Source of the DNA: Myxococcota bacterium
GTDB taxonomy: Bacteria > Myxococcota > XYA12-FULL-58-9 > JALHOP01
Direction of reading: 5' to 3'
DNA: 54,628 bases
Assembly (NCBI GenBank): GCA_041288095.1
Contig: JBGGMJ010000012.1
Location: 1-54,628, forward strand
Position 1 is the first letter of the stretch. The number at the start of each line of letters is the position of its first letter. Below the pieces are notes generated by a model. The model was not told the origin of the DNA and did no database searches. It saw only the letters and a list, made by a program, of their open reading frames with translations. Below are positions 29,778 to 39,007 of the stretch, one piece after another. The position numbers and the translations under genes were made by a program.

Positions 29778-31193
29778 ATGAGCGCTAGCAGCACCGTCAC
29801 CGCCATTCATCCGAGCACACCATGGAGCCGCTTCGTGAGCTTCATGCGCATCATCGACGCGCGCTATGAGGACCTGACGCGCGACAACTGGAAGCGCACG
29901 GTCTATCGCGACTTCAGCGCCGGTCTGGTCGTCGCGATGACCGCCATCCCCATGGCAATGGGCTTCGCGATGGCGAGCGGTCTGCGCCCGGAGCAGGGCA
30001 TCATCGCGGGCGCGATTGCATGTGCGGTTGGCCGCACCTTCGGGGGCTCGAAGTACCAGGTCTACGGACCGACAGCCGCGTTCATCCCCGTCATCGCAGG
30101 TCTGATGATGAAGTATGGCGAGACGAACGGGGGCTCGTTCGCGCAGGCGCACGGCTTCCTCGTGCTGTGCTCGATCGTCGCCGGCGTCGTGCTCATGATC
30201 TGCGGCTTGTTCGGTCTCGGCCGGCTCGCGCGCCACGTGCCGTCGTCGATCGTCGTTGGCTTCACGGTCGGCATCGCCTGCGCCATCGCGCTCACGAACG
30301 CCAGCGAAGCCCTCGGTATCCCCGCTGAAGGCAGGCTCATCCATCAGGTGCAGGCCATCGTCGCGAACATCGGTCACGCGAACCTGTGGGCCTTGGGTCT
30401 CGCCCTCGGGACGTTCCTGACGACGCGTCTGCTATTGAAGGTTTCGATCTTCATCCCCGCGCCCCTCGTCGCCCTGGGGGGAGGCACACTGCTCGCGGCC
30501 ACGGTGCTCGCCGACAAAGGCATCATGATCGTGCGCGACGAGTACGGTTCGATCCCGCACCACTTCTTTAGCTTCACACCGCCCGCGCTCCCGGCGTTCA
30601 CACCGCAGGTGTTCCTCGATCTCGTGTATTTCTCCGCCGCCATCATCTTCGTCTCCGGCGTCGAAAGTCTCTTGTGTTCTTCGATGGCGGACCGCCTCGC
30701 CAACAACAAGAAGACGCCGTTCAACCCCGACCGTGAGTTCTGGGGCCAGGGCCTCGTGCAGATCATCACGCCGTTGATCAACGGCTTCCCCTGCACCGGC
30801 GCCCTGGCGCGCACAGCGACCAGCATCAAGGCAGGCGCCATGACGCCGCTGGCCGGCTACTTCAAGGCGGTGCTCAAGCTCTGCCTCGCGTATTTCCTGG
30901 CGCGGCAGCTCGAGCTCATCCCCGTCGCTTGCATCGCCGGCATCTTGTTGTGGGTAGCGACAAACATGGTGAAGCCGCAGGAAATTCGCGAGGTCGCGCG
31001 CACCAGCTGGTTCCATACGGCGCTCATGGTCTACACGGCCGTTATGGTGCCGGTGACCGACTTCCTGACGGGGGTCTTGAGCGCCCTGGTGCTCTACTTC
31101 GTCCTGCGGCGCTTCTTCGAGGCGAAGAGCGCGGAGGCTCGCGCGAGCATTCAAAACGCCCCAGAGCGCGCCATGCAGACCGCGGCCGAGTAA
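29778..31193 (+). CDS. SulP/SLC26 anion (probably bicarbonate) transporter without STAS domain
   Basis: DFSAGLVVAMTAIPMAMGFA, GGSKYQVYGPT, ESLL, TGALART; ends shortly after the last TM. Confidence 0.9.
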   Translation: MSASSTVTAIHPSTPWSRFVSFMRIIDARYEDLTRDNWKRTVYRDFSAGLVVAMTAIPMAMGFAMASGLRPEQGIIAGAIACAVGRTFGGSKYQVYGPTAAFIPVIAGLMMKYGETNGGSFAQAHGFLVLCSIVAGVVLMICGLFGLGRLARHVPSSIVVGFTVGIACAIALTNASEALGIPAEGRLIHQVQAIVANIGHANLWALGLALGTFLTTRLLLKVSIFIPAPLVALGGGTLLAATVLADKGIMIVRDEYGSIPHHFFSFTPPALPAFTPQVFLDLVYFSAAIIFVSGVESLLCSSMADRLANNKKTPFNPDREFWGQGLVQIITPLINGFPCTGALARTATSIKAGAMTPLAGYFKAVLKLCLAYFLARQLELIPVACIAGILLWVATNMVKPQEIREVARTSWFHTALMVYTAVMVPVTDFLTGVLSALVLYFVLRRFFEAKSAEARASIQNAPERAMQTAAE

Positions 31194-31311
31194 TCGCAAT
31201 GCCGGTCCTCTCGCGCGTTGAATATTTGCCGCGCGTCGAGCAATGTCCGCCTCGATGGACGGCGAGCGCGCCCCGAAGAAGGAAGCCAGAGCTGCGCGAG
31301 GGCGGTCTCGC

Positions 31312-32808
31312 ATGAGACTGTTCACGCACCTCTCCATCTCGCACGTGGTGCCGGTCATCGTCGTGACCCTTGCCCTCGGGTTCACGCTCGCGGCGCTCGT
31401 GCGCATCAGCGTCGTGCTGACGACGCTCAACGACACCGACATCGCGACGCTGCGTAGCGTCGGCGCGTTGCACGGCCAGGCCTGGGCGTTGGACGTCGCC
31501 ATGCGCCACGGCGTCGGTCTTTGCCGCGACGGCGACGGCGCGCGGGCGACGGCACTCATCGCGCCGGAAGTGAAGGCGCTCGAGCCACTGGTCGCCAGCG
31601 CCGCGGACGGGCCCATCCGCGCCATGGCCCAGGGGTATTTGGGGGTCGCGTCGGAGATCCTCGCCGGCGACGTATGCGCGAATCTCGCTGGCAGCTCGAC
31701 GCAGGCGCGGCGCGCCCAGCTCGACGAGCAGATGACCAACATCTGGGTGGACCGCCTGGACGAGCTTCATGCCTCGGTCAGTGAGAAAGACGAGCACGCC
31801 CGGCGCATCGCCGTGAACACGCTCTCGGTGGGCATCCCCGTCGCGGTGGTGTCGTTCCTACTCGCGGTGCTGGTGGCGCGGCGTATGGCCCGGGTCGTCA
31901 ACAAGCCGCTCGAGACCATCGGACACATCGCGCAACGCGTCGGCCGCGGCGACTTCAGCGCCACCGTGCAAGTGCAGGGCCCTGTCGAAATCCTGGCGCT
32001 CGCTCAGGAAGTGGAGCGCATGCGCGAGCAGCTGCAGCAACTCGATGCCTTGAAACACGGCTTCCTGGCGTCCGTGTCGCACGAGCTGCGGACGCCGCTC
32101 TCCAAGATCCGCGAGGCACTGGCGCTGTTGCAGGATGGCGCGGCCGGGGCGTTCGACCCGCGGCAGCTGCGTGTCATCAACATCGCCCGCGCGGCCTGCG
32201 AGCAGGAGATCCGCCTGGTGACGACGTTGCTGGACCTCTCGCGCATGCGCGCCGGCAGTCCGCTGCGGTTGCACGACGGTGGCTCCATCGACAGCGTCCT
32301 TCAGTCGGCCGTCGATGCCGAGCGCGACGAGGCCAACGCCCGTGGCGTCGAGCTCCAGCTCGTGATGCACGGGGAGGGTGGTGTTTCACGCCACGACCCC
32401 GTGTTGCTCGAGCGCGCCGTCGCCAACCTCATTCGCAACGCCGTGTCGGTCTCGAAGCGCGGCCAACGCGTCGCCGTTCGGCGGACACAGGTCACAGACG
32501 CGACAGGGGACGCGCGTTGCCTCATCGCCGTCTGCGATGACGGGCCCGGGGTGCCGGCGGAGATCCGCGAGCAGATCTTCGAGCCTTTCGTCAGCCGTGC
32601 CGTGGCCGGCTCGTCTCGCACGCTTGGGACCGGCTTGGGCCTCGCCCTGGCTCGCGAGGTCGCCCGGGCGCACGGGGGCGATGTGACTCTGCTCCAGCAA
32701 GAAGGCGCCGGCGCTACCTTCCATCTCTGGATCCCTCTCACCGGCTCGGCTAGTCCTAGCGAGCGCCGGGCTCCCCCCGTCCGGCGTGTCATGTCCGTGC
32801 CCGCGTAG
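31312..32808 (+). CDS. Membrane sensor histidine kinase (HAMP-HisKA-HATPase), GlrK-like
   Basis: 2 TM, SHELRTPL, NLIRNA, DDGPG, GTGLGL. Confidence 0.92.
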   Translation: MRLFTHLSISHVVPVIVVTLALGFTLAALVRISVVLTTLNDTDIATLRSVGALHGQAWALDVAMRHGVGLCRDGDGARATALIAPEVKALEPLVASAADGPIRAMAQGYLGVASEILAGDVCANLAGSSTQARRAQLDEQMTNIWVDRLDELHASVSEKDEHARRIAVNTLSVGIPVAVVSFLLAVLVARRMARVVNKPLETIGHIAQRVGRGDFSATVQVQGPVEILALAQEVERMREQLQQLDALKHGFLASVSHELRTPLSKIREALALLQDGAAGAFDPRQLRVINIARAACEQEIRLVTTLLDLSRMRAGSPLRLHDGGSIDSVLQSAVDAERDEANARGVELQLVMHGEGGVSRHDPVLLERAVANLIRNAVSVSKRGQRVAVRRTQVTDATGDARCLIAVCDDGPGVPAEIREQIFEPFVSRAVAGSSRTLGTGLGLALAREVARAHGGDVTLLQQEGAGATFHLWIPLTGSASPSERRAPPVRRVMSVPA

Positions 32809-32816
32809 GAGTAGCA

Positions 32817-34268
32817 GTGGCGGCCATCGAACCCAGGTACGACGAGCACCGCCCGCACGTGCTGGTGATCGACGACGACGCCGAGCTGTGCGAGCTCTTG
32901 TCCCTGCGCCTCGAGCATCACGGCTTCCGTGTCAGCAGTGAGCAGACAGGCCGCGGCGGCATCGAGGTGCTGGAGCGCGAGATCGTCGACGCGATGCTCC
33001 TCGACCTGCGGCTCGATGGTGAGACCGGCTTCGACCTCCTCGACGAAGTGCAGAAGCGATCGCTCGACCTCCCGGTGATCATGCTCACCGCCCACGGCAG
33101 CATCGACGCGGCGGTGGAGGCCATCAAGCGCGGCGCTTATGGTTTCCTCACCAAACCGTTCGACGACCGCGAGCTCGTCCAGAAGCTCGAGCACGGCGTC
33201 GAGCGCGTACGCTTGCGCCGCGAGGTCGCGGGTCTGCGACGCATCGTCGGCGATCCGAACAGCGGTGATCGACTCTTGGGCACCAGCGCCGCCATCGTCG
33301 CGGTCCGCGACGTCATCGCGCGCATCGCTCCAGCGGACGTGACCGCGCTCATACTCGGCGAGTCCGGTACCGGCAAAGAGGTCGCCGCGCGCTGCCTTCA
33401 CGGCCTCTCGTCACGCCGCTCAGCGCCGTTCATCGCCATCAACTGCGGTGCGCTGCCGCCGGACCTACTCGAGAGCGAGCTCTTCGGCTTCCGTCGCGGC
33501 GCATTCACCGGCGCGACCCGTGACAAGCAGGGCCTCTTCGCCGCCGCCGAGGGCGGCACGCTCTTCCTCGACGAAATCGGTGACGCGCCCGCGGCCGTGC
33601 AAGTGAAGCTGCTGCGTGTCCTTCAAGAGCGCAGCTACATGCCCGTGGGCGCCACCGAGGCCGTGAGCACCAACGCCCGCGTGCTCGCGGCGACGAACCG
33701 CGACTTGCGCGCCGACATTACGGGCGGCCGTTTCCGTGAGGATCTATTCTACCGACTGCACGTCATACCGATCACCATGCCGGCGTTGCGCGAACGGCGT
33801 GAGGACATCCCGCTCTTGGCCGAGCTGTTCTTGAGCCGCACGAGCGCGCAACACGGACACGCGGCGCCACACCTCACTTCGGAGGCGCTGCACGTGCTCA
33901 TGCAACACGACTGGCCCGGCAACGTGCGTGAGCTCGCCAACGCCGTTCAAGGCGCGGCGCTCCTGAGCGCTGACGGCGTCTTGCGGCCGCATCACTTGCT
34001 GGCGGTGTTGCCTCGGGTCGATGGAGCGCAGCCGGCGCCCGAGCCACGGCAAGAAGTCGGCAATGTCGTCGCCATGGTCGGTGAGCGACCGAACGTGCTC
34101 GCACCCCTGCGCGAAGCCCGTGAAGCGTTCGACCGCGCCTACTTGCAGGAGGCACTACGCTTGAGCGGAGGCAACGTCAGCGCCGCGGCCAAGCTCTCGG
34201 GACGCAACCGCACCGACTTCCACGACCTCTTGCGCCGCTACGAGATCAACGCCGCCGACTTTCGCTAG
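32817..34268 (+). CDS. Sigma54-dependent response regulator, GlrR/NtrC-like
   Basis: Receiver domain, [30 protein letters not shown]-terminal HTH GRNRTDF. Confidence 0.95.
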   Translation: MAAIEPRYDEHRPHVLVIDDDAELCELLSLRLEHHGFRVSSEQTGRGGIEVLEREIVDAMLLDLRLDGETGFDLLDEVQKRSLDLPVIMLTAHGSIDAAVEAIKRGAYGFLTKPFDDRELVQKLEHGVERVRLRREVAGLRRIVGDPNSGDRLLGTSAAIVAVRDVIARIAPADVTALILGESGTGKEVAARCLHGLSSRRSAPFIAINCGALPPDLLESELFGFRRGAFTGATRDKQGLFAAAEGGTLFLDEIGDAPAAVQVKLLRVLQERSYMPVGATEAVSTNARVLAATNRDLRADITGGRFREDLFYRLHVIPITMPALRERREDIPLLAELFLSRTSAQHGHAAPHLTSEALHVLMQHDWPGNVRELANAVQGAALLSADGVLRPHHLLAVLPRVDGAQPAPEPRQEVGNVVAMVGERPNVLAPLREAREAFDRAYLQEALRLSGGNVSAAAKLSGRNRTDFHDLLRRYEINAADFR

Positions 34269-35720
34269 AGTGCGCGAGCCAAACCATTTGCTCAGGGCCT
34301 CGTCGAGTCCCTGACTAGTGCCGTCCCCGACCCACGCGACGTGGCCGTCGGGCCTTACCAACACGGCAACAGGAGCGGCGACGTCGCCCAGCACCGGCAG
34401 CTCCCACTTGCCGGTGTAGCGCGCGGCAACCAAGCGCACGCGATCCGCCCACGGTGTGATGTCGACCGCGCCCGGTTTTCCCAGGTCGAGCAAGAGCGGC
34501 TGGGCCGCGTGCAACAACGTGAAGACTCGCGTTGGCCCAGCTTCGGTTTCGATGTCGAGATCCGGCATGCGACGTCCGAGCAGGGGATGCCCGCTACCGA
34601 GGTCATAGTGAATGTCGAGGCCCGAGGCCATGGCGGCGTAGCGCTTGCGCGGCTCATCCATGCGCACGAGATCGGCGACGAACTCACCCGCGGCGATGCT
34701 TGCTTCGTCACCACGGTCGAGCGCCGAGTGCGCCATGGTGTAGCGGAGCACGCGGGCGCCCACTGGGTGGCGTTCGGCGTGATAGGTGTCGAGGAGACTC
34801 TCCGCGGAGATGCCGTTCACCACCTGCGCGAGCTTCCAGCCGAGATTCACCGCGTCCTGGACCCCGGTGTTGAGCCCCTGGCCGCCGACAGGGGAGTGCA
34901 CGTGCGCGGCATCTCCCGCCAAGAGAACGCGTCCCTCGCGATAGCGCGTCGCTTGCCGTGCCATGTCGCTGAACCTCGAGATCCAACTCGCGCTCGCGAG
35001 GCCGAAGTCGGTGCCGTAGACGGTGACGAGCGCTTCGCGAACGTCGTCCAAGGTCGGTGTGTCGCTATGGCGGACGGGAGGACCGCTCAAGACCAGGCGG
35101 AAGCGCTTGTCGAGCGGGCCCAAGGCATTCACGCCCTTTTCACCCCGGCGGATGCCGGGCGTCGGCTGTCCGCTCATCTCGACCTCGGCGATCAGATAGC
35201 TGACCGACGCGTCCCACCCGGCGAAGTCGATGCCGGCGAGCTTGCGAACGATGCTGCGGCCGCCGTCGCAGCCGACTAGGTATCGAGCGCGCCAGGTCTC
35301 CCCGTTGGACAGCGCCACATCGACTCCCGTCGCGTCTTGCGTGAACCCAGTCACCTCATGGCCGCGATAGTGGCGCACCGGCAGCTCCGCCACCCACTCG
35401 GCTAGGATGCGCTCGATGTGCTGCTGCCAGAGGGCGAGTCCGTAGTTGTGGCGCGTCGGGAAGTCGCTGATGTCGAGCACGTTGCGCGCGAACGACGCGG
35501 TCTGGACCTTCTGCCCTTGCGAGAGAAAGCGCTCGGCGACGCCGCGTTGATCGAGGACCTCGATGGTGCGCGCGTGCAAGCCGCCGCCTCGCGCGCTCTC
35601 GATCTCTTGATTCAGGCGCTGCTCGACGATGGCGACGTCCACCTTGGCGAGAGCGAGCTCGGCGGCCAACATCAGGCCCGTCGGACCACCGCCTACAATG
35701 ACAACCGCGTGTTCATGCAT
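34155..35720 (-). CDS. Group A FAD-dependent monooxygenase, rifampicin monooxygenase (Rox)-like
   Basis: GGGPTGLMLAAEL, GLHARTIEVLDQRG, GCDGGRS, AGDAAHVHSPVGGQGLN, HPLLGRRMPD, RPDGHVAW; RBS GGAGG. Confidence 0.85.
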   Translation of the reverse strand: MHEHAVVIVGGGPTGLMLAAELALAKVDVAIVEQRLNQEIESARGGGLHARTIEVLDQRGVAERFLSQGQKVQTASFARNVLDISDFPTRHNYGLALWQQHIERILAEWVAELPVRHYRGHEVTGFTQDATGVDVALSNGETWRARYLVGCDGGRSIVRKLAGIDFAGWDASVSYLIAEVEMSGQPTPGIRRGEKGVNALGPLDKRFRLVLSGPPVRHSDTPTLDDVREALVTVYGTDFGLASASWISRFSDMARQATRYREGRVLLAGDAAHVHSPVGGQGLNTGVQDAVNLGWKLAQVVNGISAESLLDTYHAERHPVGARVLRYTMAHSALDRGDEASIAAGEFVADLVRMDEPRKRYAAMASGLDIHYDLGSGHPLLGRRMPDLDIETEAGPTRVFTLLHAAQPLLLDLGKPGAVDITPWADRVRLVAARYTGKWELPVLGDVAAPVAVLVRPDGHVAWVGDGTSQGLDEALSKWFGSRTLAKVGGVDLVAAQEVVEVGAVASRELGRGADVASAQA

Positions 35721-35759
35721 CGCGAACCTCCGTGAGACGCGTACCCTGCGGCGAGGCCC

Positions 35760-35778
35760 CCGGCTTGCGGCAAGCCCC
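35760..35778. promoter_or_regulatory. Rifamycin-associated element (RAE)-like 19-bp inverted repeat
   Basis: CCGGCTTGCGGCAAGCCCC with perfect core GGCTTGC-G-GCAAGCC; 16/19 to the RAE as I recall it (GGGGCTTGCGGCAAGGCCC); 40 bp upstream of the Rox-like gene. Confidence 0.7.
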
Positions 35779-35833
35779 GGGGTCTTGGATAAGGTAGACG
35801 TCGAAGAGGCAGGCGCATTACACTCGCGCGTCC

Positions 35834-36598
35834 ATGCTGGTCCGCGCCGCATTGCCTGCTCCACGGCTGCAGCCGTACATCGCGCGCTACTGGTATTTGG
35901 CCGGCTTCTTCCAGCACGCCGAGCCCATCAGTCTCCTGCCCGATGGCGGCGTCAACCTGCTGGTGAACTTCGGTGAAGGACCCGCGTCCGCGGGTTACGG
36001 GGACGTGGCTCGCCCCCAGGGCGTCTACCTGATTGGCGCCATGTTGCGCGCCGACGAACAAGAGCTCCGCGGCGAACAACTTTTCCTGGGGGTGAGCTTC
36101 AAGCCCGGCGCGTTCTCGATGTTTCACCGCGCCCCAGCGATGAGCAGCGTCGCCGGCCGCGTGCAACCCTTCGACGGTGAATTGCCCGACGTGAGGCGCG
36201 ACCCGACGCAGCTCGCGGCGGTCATGGATCGATTCTACCTGGATCGCTTGGCGCCGACACGCGACGGGCTTACGTCCGTCATAGAAGACATCGAGGCGCG
36301 TCATGGGCGCGTTCGTTTGGATGCGCTCGCCAAGCGCCACGCCGTCTCAGGCCGACAGCTCGAACGCGCGTTCGAACGACAGCTCGGTATCACGCCCAAG
36401 CAATTCGCCGACCTCACGCGTTTCAGGCACGCTCAGGTGTTGCTCGAGAGCGCTCGCGGTACGGCGAGCCTCGCCCAGCTCGCGCTGGATGCTGGGTACT
36501 ACGACCAGTCGCACATGACGCGCCACTTCAAGCGCTTCACGGGCAAGCCTCCAACGCGGCTCGTGTTGTCGGATTTGTCCAAGAGCGCGCTCGGGTAG
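35834..36598 (+). CDS. AraC-family transcriptional regulator (DUF6597-type N-terminus)
   Basis: LLPDGG, SGRQLERAF..LGITPK, AGYYDQSHMTRHFK. Confidence 0.92.
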   Translation: MLVRAALPAPRLQPYIARYWYLAGFFQHAEPISLLPDGGVNLLVNFGEGPASAGYGDVARPQGVYLIGAMLRADEQELRGEQLFLGVSFKPGAFSMFHRAPAMSSVAGRVQPFDGELPDVRRDPTQLAAVMDRFYLDRLAPTRDGLTSVIEDIEARHGRVRLDALAKRHAVSGRQLERAFERQLGITPKQFADLTRFRHAQVLLESARGTASLAQLALDAGYYDQSHMTRHFKRFTGKPPTRLVLSDLSKSALG

Positions 36599-36616
36599 AT
36601 CCCGTATACTCGCGCC

Positions 36617-37288
36617 ATGATCGCACGAGACGTGGGTCACGCCCGGCAGCTGCGCGTGCTCGTCATCACGGTGGCAGCCGTAGCCGTGCTCGGCGCCGTC
36701 GGTTTCTATTCCAGCTACCTCCGCCACTTTCCCGGGTTCGAGGGCGTCGGCTGGCAGGTGCACTTCCACCTGCTCACAGTGCTCGCCTGGATAGGCATGT
36801 TGGTAGGCCAGGGGTGGCTCGCGGCAACGCGGCGTTTGGCGACACACAGGAAGCTAGGGCGCCTTTCGTTCGCGCTCGTGCCACTCGTCCTCGTGGGCTT
36901 CGTGCTGATCACGAGCTATGGCCAGCTGCGTCACAAGGAGCCCGCTTTGCTCGGCGCCACCTTCCTGGATGCCTCGCTCTTTTCGACCTTGTATGCGCTC
37001 GCCATAGCGCACCGCCGTAACCCCGGCCTCCACAGCCGCTACATGATGCTGACGCCGCTGAGCTTCCTCAATCCCACGCTCGGCCGGGCGGTTTCGCCCG
37101 CGTTCAGCGTGCCGTTCGTGCTCGCGCTCTTTGTCGGCCTGTTCTTCTTGGCGCGGCGAAAGGGCACGCCATCAAGGCCATACTTGGTGGCAGCCCTGGT
37201 GTACGTCGGTCTCACGGTTATCGTGGTTTACGTTTCCGTCGCGCAGCCGGGCTTCCTCGAAAGCCTGTGGAAGGCTCTATGGGGCTAG
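36617..37288 (+). CDS. Polytopic membrane protein with His residues in TM segments
   Basis: VHFH, HRKLG, LHSRYM; TATACT 6 nt upstream of ATG suggests a leaderless mRNA. Confidence 0.75.
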   Translation: MIARDVGHARQLRVLVITVAAVAVLGAVGFYSSYLRHFPGFEGVGWQVHFHLLTVLAWIGMLVGQGWLAATRRLATHRKLGRLSFALVPLVLVGFVLITSYGQLRHKEPALLGATFLDASLFSTLYALAIAHRRNPGLHSRYMMLTPLSFLNPTLGRAVSPAFSVPFVLALFVGLFFLARRKGTPSRPYLVAALVYVGLTVIVVYVSVAQPGFLESLWKALWG

Positions 37289-37372
37289 CCACGGGAGGCC
37301 AAGGCCTACCTGACAGGGCGTCGGACCGCGCGGCCGCACTCGGTGAGGCAACCGCGCCGATACTCAATAGCG

Positions 37373-37828
37373 ATGACGATGTTGGACCGCCTTGTCGAGA
37401 AGCTCAATCGCGCGGCGGCCGTCATTGGCCTGCCGCCCGAGGTGCACGGCATCATCGCCTTGGTGGTCACCGATGAAAACGGTGAGGCGTCGTTGCGGGC
37501 GCTGAATGTCAGCGAGCGCCGCGTGCACTTGAGCGCCCTCAACGGACGACGCTTGGACCTCGCGGCGGTGGATCTCGCTCGCGGCGCCATCAGCGTGCCG
37601 TCGCGCGACCACGACCTGGTTCGCCTGCTCGAATGTGTCGCGAAGCTTCTGCTCGCGTCCACCATCGCGGGCATGCACACCGACTCGATTCCCTTCAGAA
37701 CATCGTCCCAAGACCGAAGTTCAACACGAGTAGGTCATCTCCGCGATCGCGGTCACGGAGCTGTAGGTCGCTCTTCAAGACCACCTGTCGAATTGGTCGG
37801 TACGATAGCCCGAAGGTCGTCTCCATGA
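37373..37828 (+). CDS. Hypothetical protein
   Basis: Plausible ORF (MTMLDRLVEKLNRAAAVIG...); 3' end overlaps the convergent porin gene. Confidence 0.4.
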   Translation: MTMLDRLVEKLNRAAAVIGLPPEVHGIIALVVTDENGEASLRALNVSERRVHLSALNGRRLDLAAVDLARGAISVPSRDHDLVRLLECVAKLLLASTIAGMHTDSIPFRTSSQDRSSTRVGHLRDRGHGAVGRSSRPPVELVGTIARRSSP

Positions 37829-38996
37829 CCTTGAGGCTGCGGTCACGGGTGTAGCCGTCCGGCACGGCTGCTTGGTTGTCGTAGGCTTCGAGCCGCACGA
37901 AGGGCATCAATTGCTGCTCGGTCGTGGTGATCAAGCGCAGCACGTCGTAGGCAACCTCGACGTAGGCGCCCCACCAGCGTGTCGGTACGACGCCACTGAG
38001 CCGCGGATTGGGAAATTGGCGGGTGCCGTTTTCGTCGTAGGCGCCGAGCAGTTGATCGGCGTGCGGAAAGAAGAACGCGGTAGCGAGGGCGCGGGCCTCG
38101 AGGCCGAAGCGTCGCCAGCGCGCATCGATCTCGACGGCGTAGAGCGGCAGCGCCAGGTCGATATGCGAACGGTCGGGCTCGTAGAAGCGGGACCCTCCGC
38201 CCATGTCGGAGCCGATGCCCGAGATGCCCGCGATGAAGCCGAGCAGCGGTTCGGCCTCGAGCCTTCCCGCCACCATCCACGCGTTGGCCGGTGCGAGTGA
38301 GCCTTGCGTCTGCGCCGAGCGCAGGCCGAACTGATCCATCGCCAAGGCATCGGGCGCCGTGAGCAGGTAGAGCTCGTAGTTGAAGAACGAGAACGAGCCC
38401 GTGAAGCCCAAGCCAATCTCGCGCCACGTCGTCGGGATGATGAGCTGATCGACGATGGGGCGCGATACCCCGTGGAATACCGGAGGCTCGTGCCACTGAT
38501 TGATGATGCCCATGGGCACGAGGATGAGGCCGCTGCGTAACGTGAGCGCACGACCAGCGATGTGCCAGTCGAGGAAGGCCTGCTCGATCTCGACCGAGCC
38601 CTGGCAGTTGCTGCACGCAATGGCGTTTTCCCACTCGAACTCGATGTACGTCTGGAAGCGCTCGTCGAAGGTGTGCGCGACGAAGAGCACCAGGCGATCG
38701 ATGTTCGCCTGACCGGTGAACGGCGACCGCTCGCCCTCCGCGGTGTAGCTGAGACGCATCTGCGAATAACCGCCGATCACGGTGCCGTCGGTGGCGAGGC
38801 GTGCCGGCTGCAGGCCGCGCAGGAGGAGCTCGTCCGTCGGGTTGTCGACACCGAGCCGCAATAGCGGTTGCTGAGTAGGCTCCGCGCGAGGCTCGGGGGC
38901 GGCGTCTTCCGCCATAGCGGGCGGAAGGTCGACGGTGGGCTCCGCGCGCGCGGCCGCGGGGAGCACGGCCACGAGCAGGAAAACGATATGTTTCAC
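37695..38996 (-). CDS. Outer-membrane porin-like beta-barrel (paralog 2)
   Basis: Signal peptide, GGY, EFEWEN, GLILVPMGIINQWHEPPVFHGVSRPIVDQLIIPTTWREIG, C-terminal Phe. Confidence 0.82.
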   Translation of the reverse strand: MKHIVFLLVAVLPAAARAEPTVDLPPAMAEDAAPEPRAEPTQQPLLRLGVDNPTDELLLRGLQPARLATDGTVIGGYSQMRLSYTAEGERSPFTGQANIDRLVLFVAHTFDERFQTYIEFEWENAIACSNCQGSVEIEQAFLDWHIAGRALTLRSGLILVPMGIINQWHEPPVFHGVSRPIVDQLIIPTTWREIGLGFTGSFSFFNYELYLLTAPDALAMDQFGLRSAQTQGSLAPANAWMVAGRLEAEPLLGFIAGISGIGSDMGGGSRFYEPDRSHIDLALPLYAVEIDARWRRFGLEARALATAFFFPHADQLLGAYDENGTRQFPNPRLSGVVPTRWWGAYVEVAYDVLRLITTTEQQLMPFVRLEAYDNQAAVPDGYTRDRSLKVMETTFGLSYRPIRQVVLKSDLQLRDRDRGDDLLVLNFGLGTMF

Positions 38997-39007
38997 ACGC
39001 GTTCGCT

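Noticed and set aside
37356-37363. Sigma28-like -10 (GCCGATAC) upstream of the 37373 ORF
   Set aside because: No matching -35; similar words elsewhere are degenerate or coincide with stop codons
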